From: Escherichia coli
GTDB lineage: Bacteria; Pseudomonadota; Gammaproteobacteria; Enterobacterales; Enterobacteriaceae
Direction: 5' to 3' (one strand)
DNA: 64,000 nucleotides
Assembly: GCF_041886205.1 (NCBI RefSeq)
Contig: NZ_CP169029.1
The notes beneath the pieces were generated by a model. The model ran no database searches and was not told the origin of the DNA. It was given only the letters and a program-made list of their open reading frames with translations. Position numbers and translations under genes: made by a program. Of the stretch, positions 26,130 to 37,264 are shown in pieces (the stretch's first letter is position 1; the number at the start of each line of letters is the position of its first letter).

Positions 26130-27310
26130 ATGGAAAATAATGATAAATTCTTATCACAAGACTTATTGGAATCTTATGCCATTCGTTTGTTGAGCGGACC
26201 ATTGAATGGATGCGAGTATGAAATACTTAATGGGCGTCTACTTGTTATCATTGGTAATGATGTTTCGTTAGGAAGAAGTGATGCTTTTTCTGAGTTACCA
26301 GAAAACACAATAGTCGTTCCTTATGGCGAGCTTACAGGTAGTTTTGAGATAATAATTACTACCGACCCTGATATAGTAGTAACAATCAGAGAATTAACAG
26401 CACAAGAACCTGAAGATAGAACGTTAACATTCAATCAGCAAGTAGAAGTTTTAGGTCTCAAATTTGCTGTAAAAGAAAAAAATGAAGTTTGGCAGTATTC
26501 ATTGCCAGGCATTATTGAAAATAACATTATTTCTACAAAACAACATTTCTTTAGCAGTAAGCTGTTTAAGTATGTAATGCTTTTTTTCTTTTTGCTATCA
26601 TTTTCTTTGCTTTTTATATTGTTAATGCCAGTAATGATCCGCAGCTGAGACATATCGATAAAATTCTTGTAAACAAAAACAGGAATTATGAAATTTTATA
26701 TGGTAGAGATCATGTTATCTATATCAATACCAATAGTTTGGATGAAGCAGTCTGGGTCAAACAAGCACTGGAAAAAAATCAACCTGGAAAGCCAGTACGG
26801 GTGATAAATCCTGATGATGAATCGATACGAATTTTTTCATGGCTTGCTGATAATTTCCCTGATTTACAATATTTTAAACTTCAGCTATTAGATGCCAGTA
26901 ATCCCAGACTGACCGTGAGTAAGCAACGGAATGCTATCACACAGCAACTAATCGACAATCTTATTAAAGGGTTACTACAAACTATGCCATATGCCAGCAA
27001 TATAAGTATTGCGGTATTAGATGATAATGTATTGGAAAGTCAGGCTATTGAAACATTGTCAGCGATAGGTCTTTCTTATGAAAAATATAAAACAGCTAAC
27101 AATGTGTATTTCAATATCATTGGTACGTTAAGTGACAGTGAATTAAATAAAATTAATAACTATGTTGACGAATATTATAAACAATGGGGTAAACAATATG
27201 TAAGATTTAATGTGAATTTGAAAAATCAGGACACAAATAATAGTTCATTTAGCTACGGAGATAACCGATTCGAGAAGTCTCAAGGTAGCAACTGGACGTT
27301 TCAGGAATAA
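26130..27310 (+). pseudogene. eprH: T3SS inner-membrane ring protein PrgH family, frameshift in a T7 run (26581-26587)
   Basis: The N-terminal ORF (26130-26648) is collinear with PrgH 1-170 ('VRLLSGPLNGCEY'). The other frame is open from 26570 and joins ORF 26738-27310 ('..YVRFNVNLK..' cf. PrgH 'YVQFAIELK'). Confidence 0.8.
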
Positions 27311-27347
27311 TTGAGGAGGACTTATAGCAGATTGGAATGGTTATATT

Positions 27348-27563
27348 ATGGATATCAGCAAACAATTTGATCAGGGCGTTGATGATCTGAACCAGCAAGT
27401 TGAAAAAGCGTTGGAGGTTTTAGCAACCAATCCCTCCGACCCGAAATTTCTTGCCGAATATCAAAGTGCATTAGCTGAGTATACATTATATCGAAATGCG
27501 CAATCTAACGTTGTAAAAGCGTATAAAGATCTTGATTCAGCAATCATACAAAACTTCCGCTAA
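27348..27563 (+). CDS. eprI: T3SS needle filament protein (PrgI/MxiH family)
   Basis: 71 aa. 'NPSDPKFLAEYQSALAEYTLYRNAQSNVVKAYKDLDSAIIQNFR' is the canonical needle-protein hairpin and C-terminus. Confidence 0.9.
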   Translation: MDISKQFDQGVDDLNQQVEKALEVLATNPSDPKFLAEYQSALAEYTLYRNAQSNVVKAYKDLDSAIIQNFR

Positions 27564-27582
27564 ACTGGATAAGGATTTTATT

Positions 27583-27915
27583 ATGTCAGTAAGCAATATG
27601 CCACCTATTGATAGAGCTGAGCAATCAACTGCTCATGAAATACAGCAAGCGAAAGTGATTGATTTAAATGACCGGGTTCTCAATCTTGACAACCCGGATG
27701 ATAAAATGATCTCCGCTTTTGCCAACTATGCTGTACAAACTGAAAATTGGCAGCAAAATGCGTTACAAGCATTAAGGTCTGATAAAAAGGGGTTAACTCC
27801 TGAAAAATTATTAGTCTTGCAGGATCATGTGCTTAATTATAATGTCGAGGTTTCATTGGTGGGAACATTAGCAAGAAAGATTGTCGCTGCAGTTGAGACG
27901 TTGACCCGCTCATGA
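27583..27915 (+). CDS. eprJ: T3SS inner rod protein (PrgJ family)
   Basis: 110 aa from 'MSVSNMPP' after 'aaggat'. It lies between the needle and PrgK homologues. Confidence 0.75.
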   Translation: MSVSNMPPIDRAEQSTAHEIQQAKVIDLNDRVLNLDNPDDKMISAFANYAVQTENWQQNALQALRSDKKGLTPEKLLVLQDHVLNYNVEVSLVGTLARKIVAAVETLTRS

Positions 27916-28646
27916 AATATATATCATTATTATTGTTTATCCTGCTGTTGTGCGGCTGCAAGCAGCAGGAATTATTGAACCATCTTGATCAACAGCAAGC
28001 TAATGATGTCCTTGCTGTTTTACAAAGACATAATATTAATGCTGAAAAGAAGGATCAAGGCAAAACTGGATTCTCAATCTATGTTGAACCAACGGATTTT
28101 GCTTCTGCGGTGGATTGGCTAAAAATCTACAATCTCCCGGGTAAGCCTGATATTCAAATATCGCAGATGTTCCCTGCAGATGCACTCGTTTCATCTCCAC
28201 GAGCGGAAAAAGCAAGGCTATATTCTGCTATTGAGCAGTGGTTAGAGCAATCTCTCAAAATTATGGATGGCATTATTTCTTCGAGAGTACATGTTAGTTA
28301 CGATGTTGATAATGGCGATAGTGGTAAAACTGCTTTACCAATTCATATTTCTGTACTTGCAGTATATGAAAAAGATATCAACCCAGAAATAAAAATAAAT
28401 GACATCAAGAGATTTATTGTTAATAGTTTTGCAAGCGTACAATATGAAAATATTTCTGTTGTATTGTCAAAACGAAGAGACATTATTGAGCAAGCACCAA
28501 CATATGAAATTAGCGAACTTGTTTTTGCTTATGATAAGGCTATGCCGGTTTCTATCTTACTTGCATTAATATCCGTAGCGACTTGCTGGCTGTTATGGAA
28601 GTATAGGGCCATTCTAACTAATTTAGTCAGGTTGAAAATTAAGTAG
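27912..28646 (+). CDS. eprK: T3SS inner-membrane ring lipoprotein (PrgK/EscJ family)
   Basis: Lipobox 'LLLCGC', an EscJ-like periplasmic domain and a C-terminal TM segment. Confidence 0.9.
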   Translation: MKYISLLLFILLLCGCKQQELLNHLDQQQANDVLAVLQRHNINAEKKDQGKTGFSIYVEPTDFASAVDWLKIYNLPGKPDIQISQMFPADALVSSPRAEKARLYSAIEQWLEQSLKIMDGIISSRVHVSYDVDNGDSGKTALPIHISVLAVYEKDINPEIKINDIKRFIVNSFASVQYENISVVLSKRRDIIEQAPTYEISELVFAYDKAMPVSILLALISVATCWLLWKYRAILTNLVRLKIK

Positions 28647-28661
28647 ACATATGAGAGCGTT

Positions 28662-29255
28662 ATGAATCTTGCCCTAAGAAAGATTATATATGATCCAATT
28701 AGTTGTATTCATCCTCAACGAGTAAGCTTGAATAATACACCTATTAACAATCCGGTGCTTAGATCTATTACCAATGAAATGATTGTTCTGCAGTACAATC
28801 TTTCAGTTGAACATTTTAATCTGAATAGTTCACTTATTTAATACATAAACAATTGGAATTTATTTCCATTGATCTGTTTATTCAGTGGTTATCACTTTTA
28901 TCGAGAAAGGTTTGCAGAACGCGGATTTTTTTATAAGGTTCCTGCTGTGCTAAGGGATTATTTATCAGCTATACCGGTGGAAATAAATGAAAAGGCACGA
29001 TACAAACCCGGCATCGCTAACTATCACAATATCATCACATGTGGTTTTTCAACGTTGTTACCCTATATAAGGCAACAACCATTGGCAATGCAGCAACGAT
29101 TTAATTTATTATTTCCTGATTTTGTTGATCACATACAATTGCCGTTACCACTTGCATCAACTCTTTTAGAGAGAAATACATTTTATGCGAAAAAAATAGA
29201 GATGAGCTTGATAAAATCTCCTGCAAATGGTGTTGTGATTAAAAAAAATTTCTGA
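28662..29255 (+). pseudogene. ygeO: OrgA-like T3SS sorting-platform gene with an in-frame TAA at 28839-28841
   Basis: 'IIYDPISCIHPQR' parallels OrgA 'IIFDPLSYIHPQR'. The segments 28662-28841 and 28869-29255 share a frame, with a single stop between them. Confidence 0.7.
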
Positions 29256-29259
29256 TGGA

Positions 29260-29887
29260 TTGAAAGAAATAGTTTCTCTTAAAGAAAATATCCTTATTGA
29301 AACCAACGCAAAAATTCAGAGCATTGAGGTAAAGAGAGAAGAAAAATTTATTCAAGGTTATTATGATGGCTATACAAAAGGCATTATTGATGTGATGGAT
29401 AATTTTATACCCTTGATAAGCTTGTTGAGCTCAGAACTAGAAAAAAAGAATAAACATGATAAACGATCTGAAGAGTATATTGTTAAAATCCTCAGAGGAA
29501 GTTGATGTTTTTATCAAAATTTTTGAAAGTTGGAGAAAAAAATTACCGGCAATATCAGGTCCTGTAAATCTCTATATACCTACCAGTTTCAAAAATAAGT
29601 ATCTTGAAGTAGAGTCATATTTTGTCGACAAATCAATATGGAATGTCCATATTACATTTCATGATGATAAGCGTTTTGTGTTTTTTACCGATCAATTTAT
29701 TGCTGAATTTAGTCCGCAGGAATTTGTGGATAATTGTGAGCAATATTTAATTAATAATCATTGTTTCGCCCCTGACAAGGTTAACGAAATCTGCGAACAA
29801 GCCAGACATTATTTAGTTGAAAAAATGTTTGAAACACATTCTTTGGATATGAATAATTCTGTTTTGGCAAGCCCTGAGGACTTATAG
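29260..29887 (+). pseudogene. ygeN: OrgB-like T3SS stator gene, frameshift in an A7 run (29441-29447)
   Basis: Two overlapping ORFs (29260-29505 and 29456-29887). Removing one A gives a continuous '...ELEKRINMINDLKSILL...'. Confidence 0.65.
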
Positions 29888-30105
29888 CTCACTGGCTCAG
29901 GTTTAATGATTTGAATATAATCTAATTGTAATATTTTAATCATCTCATGATTTTTTAATGCCTGTGGTATTTTTTTACGCAAAAATTTTATTTTTAATTA
30001 TATTTCATTATTATTTCATCAATGTATTCTTTGGATTTTGCTTATAATAATGGAAGGGATGATTATAAATGAATACGTTAAAGCATTTACACTCAGGATG
30101 AATAT

Positions 30106-30738
30106 ATGGGAAAAATTAAAATTGTACTTTCAGATCAGCAGCCGTTTATGATTGATGGGATAATTGGATTTCTCGGACATTATCCTGATTTATATGAGGT
30201 TGTTGGGGGCTATAAAGATCTGAAGAAAGCTATAGCGGAGTGTAACAAATCTACAGCCCAAATATTTATTTTAGGAGAATTTGCAGGTGGAATGATGGGG
30301 TCCGAACTCGTAAAATGGGTTAAATCGCATAAGATAGATGCTCATATTATTACATTTGTAGCAAAGATGCCGTATATTGATTCAATAAAATTGCTTGAAG
30401 CAGGTGCGAAAGGATGCGTATGGAAAACCAGTCACCCGGCGAAACTAAATCGTGCTATTGATTCGATTAGTAATGGTTACACTTATTTTGATAGTGTACA
30501 TATGGATTGTGAAAAAATATCTTCCAGGTATTCCTCTGATAATCAACTTACAAATCGTGAGTCAGAAATATTACAACTCATAGCTGATGGTAAAACAAAC
30601 AAAGAAATCGCTAATTTCTTGCAGTTAAGCAGGAAAACAGTCGAAACTCATAGACTCAATATCATGAAGAAATTAGATGTTCACAGTGGTATCGAGTTGA
30701 TCAAAACAGCTTTACGTATGGGTGTTTGCACTATATAA
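30106..30738 (+). CDS. ygeK: NarL/FixJ-type response-regulator-like protein with LuxR HTH, 210 aa
   Basis: A receiver-like N-terminus whose usual phospho-acceptor Asp position appears substituted ('QIFILGEF'). The C-terminal HTH is '[36 protein letters not shown]'. Confidence 0.8.
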   Translation: MGKIKIVLSDQQPFMIDGIIGFLGHYPDLYEVVGGYKDLKKAIAECNKSTAQIFILGEFAGGMMGSELVKWVKSHKIDAHIITFVAKMPYIDSIKLLEAGAKGCVWKTSHPAKLNRAIDSISNGYTYFDSVHMDCEKISSRYSSDNQLTNRESEILQLIADGKTNKEIANFLQLSRKTVETHRLNIMKKLDVHSGIELIKTALRMGVCTI

Positions 30739-30782
30739 AAAAAAGAGGCTTTAGGCTCATTTTGCTGAAGCCTCACGATTGT

Positions 30783-31259
30783 CTAGTTCATTAAGCCTGG
30801 TATATACAATATATATTTTGGGGCATATTGCTGTCTCTTTTTTTGGTTATCCATTGCAAAACCCGCATTATAAGTCCCCAGGCATTGCCACGTTACTCCA
30901 CAACGTGAAAAATGGTTATATAAAATCTCGGTTCCTATTTTAATGTTCAGACAAGGGTTATCTAACAAATCTCGTTCATCTTTTATTATTCCACGTTTTT
31001 TTAACAGGGGAATATGCATCTGGTTTATCTGCATTAACCAATAATCTAAACTCTTTATATTGTTATTCTTATCGCTGTTCTTGCCTATGCTATCCTTTTT
31101 TAGATTGCTTTCAACAAGAGCGATAGCTTTAATTAAATTTGGTTCGATTCTGAACATTGTTCCTGCTTCATTAGAGCAAGAGTTGCTGGCGAAAGACATT
31201 TTTGTAATAAATATACAAAACGTGAAGATGGTTAAGAATTTAACTTTTGGTGAGCGCAT
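30783..31259 (-). CDS. pbl: T3SS-associated lytic transglycosylase (IagB/IpgF-like)
   Basis: Signal peptide and SLT motif 'LIKAIALVESNLKKDSIG' with the catalytic Glu. Confidence 0.85.
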   Translation of the reverse strand: MRSPKVKFLTIFTFCIFITKMSFASNSCSNEAGTMFRIEPNLIKAIALVESNLKKDSIGKNSDKNNNIKSLDYWLMQINQMHIPLLKKRGIIKDERDLLDNPCLNIKIGTEILYNHFSRCGVTWQCLGTYNAGFAMDNQKKRQQYAPKYILYIPGLMN

Positions 31260-31341
31260 ATTTTTTCATGTGTGAGGATTGAATGAAAGGAACGAGATAC
31301 TATTATAAAAGTATCTCGTTATGATTTATTTGGTCAATCGT

Positions 31342-31560
31342 CTACCATTCAATTTTATAGTAAGGTGAGATAGGATTATCTTCTGAATACATATCATTTT
31401 GAAAAGGCGCCATCCATGTTGAAACTATAAATGCTTGTATTTGATCTGTATCAGTAGCACTGGTGTTGATGTGTTTATCTAATGATACGACTTCATCACC
31501 CGTTGCATTCGCTATATTTGAACTTTGAGATAAATTATTGATACCGATTGGATTAGTCAT
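31342..31560 (-). CDS. ygeI: small ETT2 protein, 72 aa
   Basis: The start is taken at 'MTNPIGINNL' (72 aa as I recall for K-12 YgeI), preceded by 'aaggga'. Confidence 0.6.
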   Translation of the reverse strand: MTNPIGINNLSQSSNIANATGDEVVSLDKHINTSATDTDQIQAFIVSTWMAPFQNDMYSEDNPISPYYKIEW

Positions 31561-31727
31561 AAAGCTCCCTTTTTTAATTGTCCAGGCCAATGGTCTTTAC
31601 ATCATACTTTTAACTCTAGAGCATTTTAAATATCTTGCAATAAGGTGAATATCTTAGATATTTTTATCTCTGTTGTTTAAATAACAAGTTGCATACATCT
31701 AAATAATAAAATTGCGTCAATAAAAAT

Positions 31728-33103
31728 TTATCGCATACAAATTCTCGTCAGCTGCTTTAATTTCAAAATGTTGTCAATTATAACTCGATGGCTTTCACTC
31801 TCAGTTTCTTTATAGTAGAGTTTAATGTTGTTTTTCAGCGGGTTAGGCACATACATATCTACACATTCTTTTATCACAACTGCTTTTCGTCTTCTGGGTT
31901 CGAGTTGTAGTGATTTGTCTATACAAATCCTTGCCTCTTCAATTTTTTCATTATGAAAGTGGACTAGTGCCCTATAGTAGTAGAGAGAGGCTATATCAGT
32001 TGAGTGTATCTTAGCCTGCTCAAATAAGATATGAGATACTTTTGCTTGTCCAGACAGACCAGTTATCAGTCCCATAATAGCTAAAATTTTTCCATCGACA
32101 GTGGTTATGTCTGATACATAATCTAAAAGCTCTAATGCTTTTTGAGCAGCAAGTTCAAGTTCACTTTTTCCATGAAGTGCCAAAGACATATGGCATTCCG
32201 CTAGAAGGCAATAACATTCTGTTTTTAGCGTCTGTATATCACTTTTATTTTGTAATCTATCAAATATAGTCATGGCCCTGTAAATGCTTTCAGGGGTGAA
32301 GTCGTAAAGTTCTTTCTTTCCGGCTAACATTTCATCTGATAAATAATGATTCTTATATCCTTGGTCCTGCTTAGCTAATCTTACAGATCGTTCTGGTTTA
32401 TGTACCGTTTGAAGGATATTATCTATAATAAATTGTGATGTATTATGTAGTTCATCAACAGGGAGATGATTACTGGCGATGAGGAAAAGGTTTTTAGCGT
32501 CGATCAACTCAATGTATAAAGTGTTCACTGCATTATTCTGGTTTATTCTTCCTGTAACGAAATAATCTGGCTTGAATCTGCTCAAGAATGAATTTTGAGA
32601 TATGTGATCATTACAAAAATTTGTCGCAGCCATCGGATAGGTATAGAGACCATCGATTTTTTATTTGAAATGATTTGCACTAATTCCTGATTAAGTATTA
32701 ATGGATCCAGTGTATTCAATGAAGTAGTGAAAGGGAATATAGCTATGGAATAGTCTGAAGTATTATCTTCATTAATTTTAGTTTTGAAAACCTGCCCGCT
32801 GAAACGATAACCTTTCCGGTAGATTGTTTCTATGCAACGATCATAGCCAATTTTTTCAAAAATGCAGCGCAAAGAATAGATACATCTTGTCAGGGACTCG
32901 TCACTAACAATAATATTTTTCCATACTGATTCGATGATCATATCTTTCAGTACAACATGACCAGCGGATTCAAGTAATACTATTAATACACCTAACTCTT
33001 TCTGTGGAATATAAACTTGCTCATTTCCTTGAGTAAGAATTCCATCTTCCGTGAGCGTTAATCCCTCAAGAAAATGATATGAGAATTTATTTTCTAAGTC
33101 CAT
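31728..33103 (-). pseudogene. ygeH: HilA-like regulator (OmpR/PhoB-type winged helix + TPR), frameshift in a 6-nt A/T run (32657-32662)
   Basis: ORF 32582-33103 carries the winged-helix part ('[14 protein letters not shown]...[11 protein letters not shown]'). ORF 31728-32633 carries the TPR part. Adding one A restores '...[19 protein letters not shown]...'. Confidence 0.8.
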
Positions 33104-33437
33104 TAGTTAACCTCTATGAAAAAATTGGTTTCTTGCATCCTGCTTAAGCAATAGAAATTATGGCTATTCATATTTATGTGTCATTAATGCTACAGGAAAT
33201 TACATTCGACATATCTATGGTTGTGTTCACTAATTTATCTTAGGAATTCAGTGATGTAATCTGAAATAGCCTTATTCAATTTTTATAAAGTAGATTGTTC
33301 TCTAACGCATTGAAAAATAATGATTTATAGAATGCTCTTAACTGTTTTAAGATGCTGATTTAAGAAAACATAAGAGGTGCTGGTTATAGTGGTTAACTGC
33401 ACTATAACCAGCAAATTTAACCAAATGATTGTAATGC

Positions 33438-33929
33438 TTAGCCATTATCTTCTGAATTATCGTTTAAGAGTTCAATATATGCCTGCGCTTTACTCTTAAC
33501 ACTATCATCCTCACAATTGTTAATAATGTGATAGAAACATTGCATTGCGTTATCGATATTTTTAGCCCCAATCTGACATTGACCCATACGATAAATAACT
33601 GAATAGTCATCATACGGGGAGTAATTGTAACTTAGTTTGTAAAGGTCATATGCTTGTTGATATTTCTTTTTTGGCTGACATACTGATGCAAAATCTTTTA
33701 GATACTCATGATTTTCGAACGCATAAATGCACAAAAATTTATAATAAATTTCTGCGTCCGTTATATTACCTTTTTCATGGTAGTCGAATGCATATGCATA
33801 TATTCTATCAAGGATATCAGGAGTTAAACCATGTAGTAATGCCAGATTTTCTCCTTTCGATAATGCGTGTTTTAGTTGATTTGCCCATTCATCACTATTA
33901 TTGAATATTTCAATTGTTTCTGTGCTCAT
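33438..33929 (-). CDS. ygeG: class II T3SS chaperone with TPR repeats (SicA/IpgC family)
   Basis: 163 aa. 'LHGLTPDILDRIYAYAFDYHEKGNITDAEIYYKFLCIYAFENHEY' is SicA-like. Confidence 0.85.
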   Translation of the reverse strand: MSTETIEIFNNSDEWANQLKHALSKGENLALLHGLTPDILDRIYAYAFDYHEKGNITDAEIYYKFLCIYAFENHEYLKDFASVCQPKKKYQQAYDLYKLSYNYSPYDDYSVIYRMGQCQIGAKNIDNAMQCFYHIINNCEDDSVKSKAQAYIELLNDNSEDNG

Positions 33930-34205
33930 AATATTCCTCTGTGATGTGTCTCGTGATGCTAAATTATTATTGATTGACTCATTAATATTTTACATTTATC
34001 TTTTTTAAATTATTAGTTTTAAGCTTGCATTGCTTATGGTATATTTTTCATTATTGGTAAAAGTACTGTTCACTACAAACTAATAACATCATTAGTTGTT
34101 TTACTAATATTCACCTTATTAGTTATCTTAATTACGACATTACATAAATGCCTTAATGTGTATGACCTGGATTCATAGTATCAATTGCCATTTTTTCAAT
34201 GAAAA

Positions 34206-34643
34206 TTAAAAAGGGGATTTTTGCGAAGGGTAGAATGTCGTTTGTTTTTTTTCTTTATTATGTCTGGTGACGAGGGGGGATAGAACGTCTGTGCATATAG
34301 TAGTGAATTTATTCAGGTCTACATTATTCTCTATTTTGGTCAGTTTTATGAGTTCATTTACAGCCATACTCATTAAATCATCTGTTATCGAAAATTTATA
34401 TATGCTCATAGCAGATAATATTGCTTGCTGAATTATCTCTTCAAAAATATCCGCTATCTTTATTGACAAATCATGTGTTAGATATTTTCCTCCAAGAGAT
34501 TCTTGTTCAATATAATTTAAACCAGACCCCATTTTGATTTTAACTGGATTAACGGATTTCTCTTCATTTTTCTTATTTTTGTTCTCCTTATCAGGAACTA
34601 ATGGTTGCAGTGGTAGGCTATTATTAATATTTCGTGGCTTCAT
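34206..34643 (-). CDS. ygeF: hypothetical ETT2 protein, 145 aa
   Basis: Assigned by its position between ygeG and yqeK; the product is not recognised. Confidence 0.45.
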   Translation of the reverse strand: MKPRNINNSLPLQPLVPDKENKNKKNEEKSVNPVKIKMGSGLNYIEQESLGGKYLTHDLSIKIADIFEEIIQQAILSAMSIYKFSITDDLMSMAVNELIKLTKIENNVDLNKFTTICTDVLSPLVTRHNKEKKQTTFYPSQKSPF

Positions 34644-34949
34644 TTTACATTTCTCTCATTTGATTAGAGCAAAATCCGAATTCGCAGCTTCTGATAATGT
34701 CAAATATCACCTTTTCTCATGCTTTATTCTATCAAAAATCGCTCATTTTTACTTTTTTTACCATAATGTTACTTAGTAGCATCGGCAATTTACATAACTT
34801 ACACGTTGTTTTTTATATCTCGAAAAAACAGATAGATAGTGTGCGCACTCGAAATGATATTGGTAACATAAATAGCTTTATTCGTGATAAATATCTCAAA
34901 AGATTTCCTTTATTATATTCGAAATTCATTTGATCAAGGTTATCACCTT

Positions 34950-35033
34950 ATGGAGACGTTACGTAGAATGACTATATTTGTTATCGGCACATTAGGGGTA
35001 TTAATTTTAGTATTGATGGAAGGTGATTATTGA
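34950..35033 (+). CDS. yqeL: 27-codon hydrophobic small ORF (yqeL-like)
   Basis: 'METLRRMTIFVIGTLGVLILVLMEGDY*' lies in the position where K-12 annotates a ~26-aa yqeL, as I recall. Confidence 0.3.
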   Translation: METLRRMTIFVIGTLGVLILVLMEGDY

Positions 35034-35060
35034 ACAGTAACATCGAGTCACGGTAAAAAT

Positions 35061-35384
35061 GTGAGGTATACAATGGACATTGAGTTTTCGCAGATTCATG
35101 AAATGGTCTATATGCATGATATTGTAAATTCGGACTCGAAAAAGAAACCAAGGATTCCGTTAAAAAAATTCCTTAATGCTGAGAAGGTTCTCACGCAAAC
35201 AACATCATGGACATTAAATTCAAGATATGTGAATGTTAATTCTGTCAATAAAGTCAACGTAAAGAGTAAAGTTAAAAACAGTTATATCTCACGATCTGTC
35301 AATGATGAGTTTAGTTTAACAGATGATGAAATCAATTCTTTTAAAGAAACGTTAGTCCTTTCCTCTATTGATTCACTGAGTTAA
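35061..35384 (+). CDS. yqeK: hypothetical ETT2 protein, 107 aa
   Basis: Position and strand fit yqeK. I recall a longer K-12 product (141 aa), so the assignment is tentative. Confidence 0.4.
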   Translation: MRYTMDIEFSQIHEMVYMHDIVNSDSKKKPRIPLKKFLNAEKVLTQTTSWTLNSRYVNVNSVNKVNVKSKVKNSYISRSVNDEFSLTDDEINSFKETLVLSSIDSLS

Positions 35385-35646
35385 CTGGTTCTTAATAATC
35401 CTCTTTCTGTATTGTTTACATCGACTGTACGAAGGAATAATAATCGAGCTAAGATGAATGTCGAGTTCGACTCATGGATTTGCACCAGATGTTGTTGATA
35501 CATGATATTTTACATTGCAAGGAGATGTCTAAAATGAAAGATGTTGATCAAAACTTTGATGCTTTAGACTGCCATATACTGCGAGAATATTTAATTTTAT
35601 TGTTTTATGATTAACGAGGTTCCATCTTTTTGTTATCTATTTTAGT

Positions 35647-36141
35647 TTACCTTGCACAATGCATTATTGCTCTGTTACCAATGCTCAAAATAAAAGCATG
35701 CTTACCTTGCTTTAGTATATTATAGCTTACACTTTTTTCTGGAAAGACATAAAAATCAGGAATAAGTTGTGCAAGTCTATCATCATCAACTTGATCCATA
35801 ATCTCAAACTTATTAACTTTCTTTGATGTTAAATGGGCTGTGTCATAGTTTTCAATCCATGTGTATTCAATATTTCGCCGTATTGATTTACTTTCTCTGT
35901 TACCTTGTTGCCAGGTTCCACTCAACGCAACAGTTCCTGTTTTATTTTTTTTGTTATACATAAAGTCGATGGTAAGATTTGCTCGTCCCTGGTCATTAAA
36001 AATTACCCAATTTGCAGTGCATGTTTCGTTATATATCATTTTTTCTGCAGTGTAAGAATAGACAGTGAAGAGAATAAACCCACTGATAAAAACTAAAATA
36101 AATAATAAGTTTTTTTTATAATCAATCACGATTAACCTCAC
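35647..36141 (-). CDS. yqeJ: membrane-anchored hypothetical protein
   Basis: An N-terminal TM segment 'LLFILVFISGFILFTVY'. It overlaps the yqeI stop. The start may be the GTG four codons in. Confidence 0.6.
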   Translation of the reverse strand: MRLIVIDYKKNLLFILVFISGFILFTVYSYTAEKMIYNETCTANWVIFNDQGRANLTIDFMYNKKNKTGTVALSGTWQQGNRESKSIRRNIEYTWIENYDTAHLTSKKVNKFEIMDQVDDDRLAQLIPDFYVFPEKSVSYNILKQGKHAFILSIGNRAIMHCAR

Positions 36142-36931
36142 GGTAAGACAGGGTTAAACAGTCTGCCACTTCATGTTGGTTATAGTTTTTATTGCATGCC
36201 ATAACAATCATCCCCGGTGAGGATTTTGCAATAGGGAAGTATAACCACGGATGTTTTTTACAGTTAATCCCCGAATCCAGTATCCGTGTTTTATATTTAT
36301 CGAACTCTTTCAACCCATCAATTGTATCTTCTGTTACATTAAAATGGCAGCCATTAATTTCCGCAACAGTCTTGTAATCCTTGAAAAATGGCTTCGGTTG
36401 ATTATTATTCCATAGCCAATATGCAGAATATGCGCCTATGACAAATGCGCTCAACATAATTAGATGACTTTTTATATGTTTGAGGATTTTGTTATTGAAA
36501 TTCTTTGCGCCACCAATGCTCTCTTTGTATCCCGCATTAACTTTTATGGCAGGTGGGGCATTGTGTGTATGTGCGTCTGTTAACGAGTTTATTACATGAT
36601 TTTGTATGTTAATGTCATTATGGATCTTGAATCCTCTTCTCGGCACGGTTGCAATTAGCGAGTGGGTAGTATCACCAACAGCGCGAAATCCGCGTCTGAT
36701 AATGGATATGTTCTGATATAACGTGTTAGTAGGCACACGCATACCTTCTTCTTCCCAGACTCTGGTGAAAAAATCTTGTTGTGCAACCACATCAGGAAAA
36801 GCTTCAAGTAGAAGTGATAAACATCGACTGGCTGGCGTTGTCAGAACGACGTTAAGATCGGCGTTATGTACCGATATTAATTTTCGGTGCTCAGGCCAGA
36901 ACTCGATATTATCGTTAATAATCCAGTACAT
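36122..36931 (-). CDS. yqeI: ToxR/CadC-like membrane-bound winged-helix transcriptional regulator, 269 aa
   Basis: An N-terminal OmpR-type DNA-binding domain ('LSLLLEAFPDVVAQQDFFTRVWEEEG..NTLYQNISIIRRGF') and a central TM segment. Confidence 0.8.
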   Translation of the reverse strand: MYWIINDNIEFWPEHRKLISVHNADLNVVLTTPASRCLSLLLEAFPDVVAQQDFFTRVWEEEGMRVPTNTLYQNISIIRRGFRAVGDTTHSLIATVPRRGFKIHNDINIQNHVINSLTDAHTHNAPPAIKVNAGYKESIGGAKNFNNKILKHIKSHLIMLSAFVIGAYSAYWLWNNNQPKPFFKDYKTVAEINGCHFNVTEDTIDGLKEFDKYKTRILDSGINCKKHPWLYFPIAKSSPGMIVMACNKNYNQHEVADCLTLSYREVNRD

Positions 36932-37264
36932 ACGTCAATAAACACTAAATCAATCGAAATGGAGATCACATAGTTTGCTAAGTATATTGGTATTTACGGC
37001 ATAAATATATATTAATTTTATATTTATCATGATGATTGAAATGAGGCTTTAATGTTGCAACGTAAAACTTTACGTAAGTTAACATAGTTAACATTTATGC
37101 CACTATTGTTTGTAAATTCATATTTCGTAATGCTTCTGAATTTTTCGTGTGATGGTTTTAAATACTATGGTGTTTACTCTTGAGGGGACGGCCTATTTAT
37201 AAAATACGGACATTTCAATAAATGCCCGTATAAACAGAGTATGATTCTGGCTGGTCGTTGAGTA

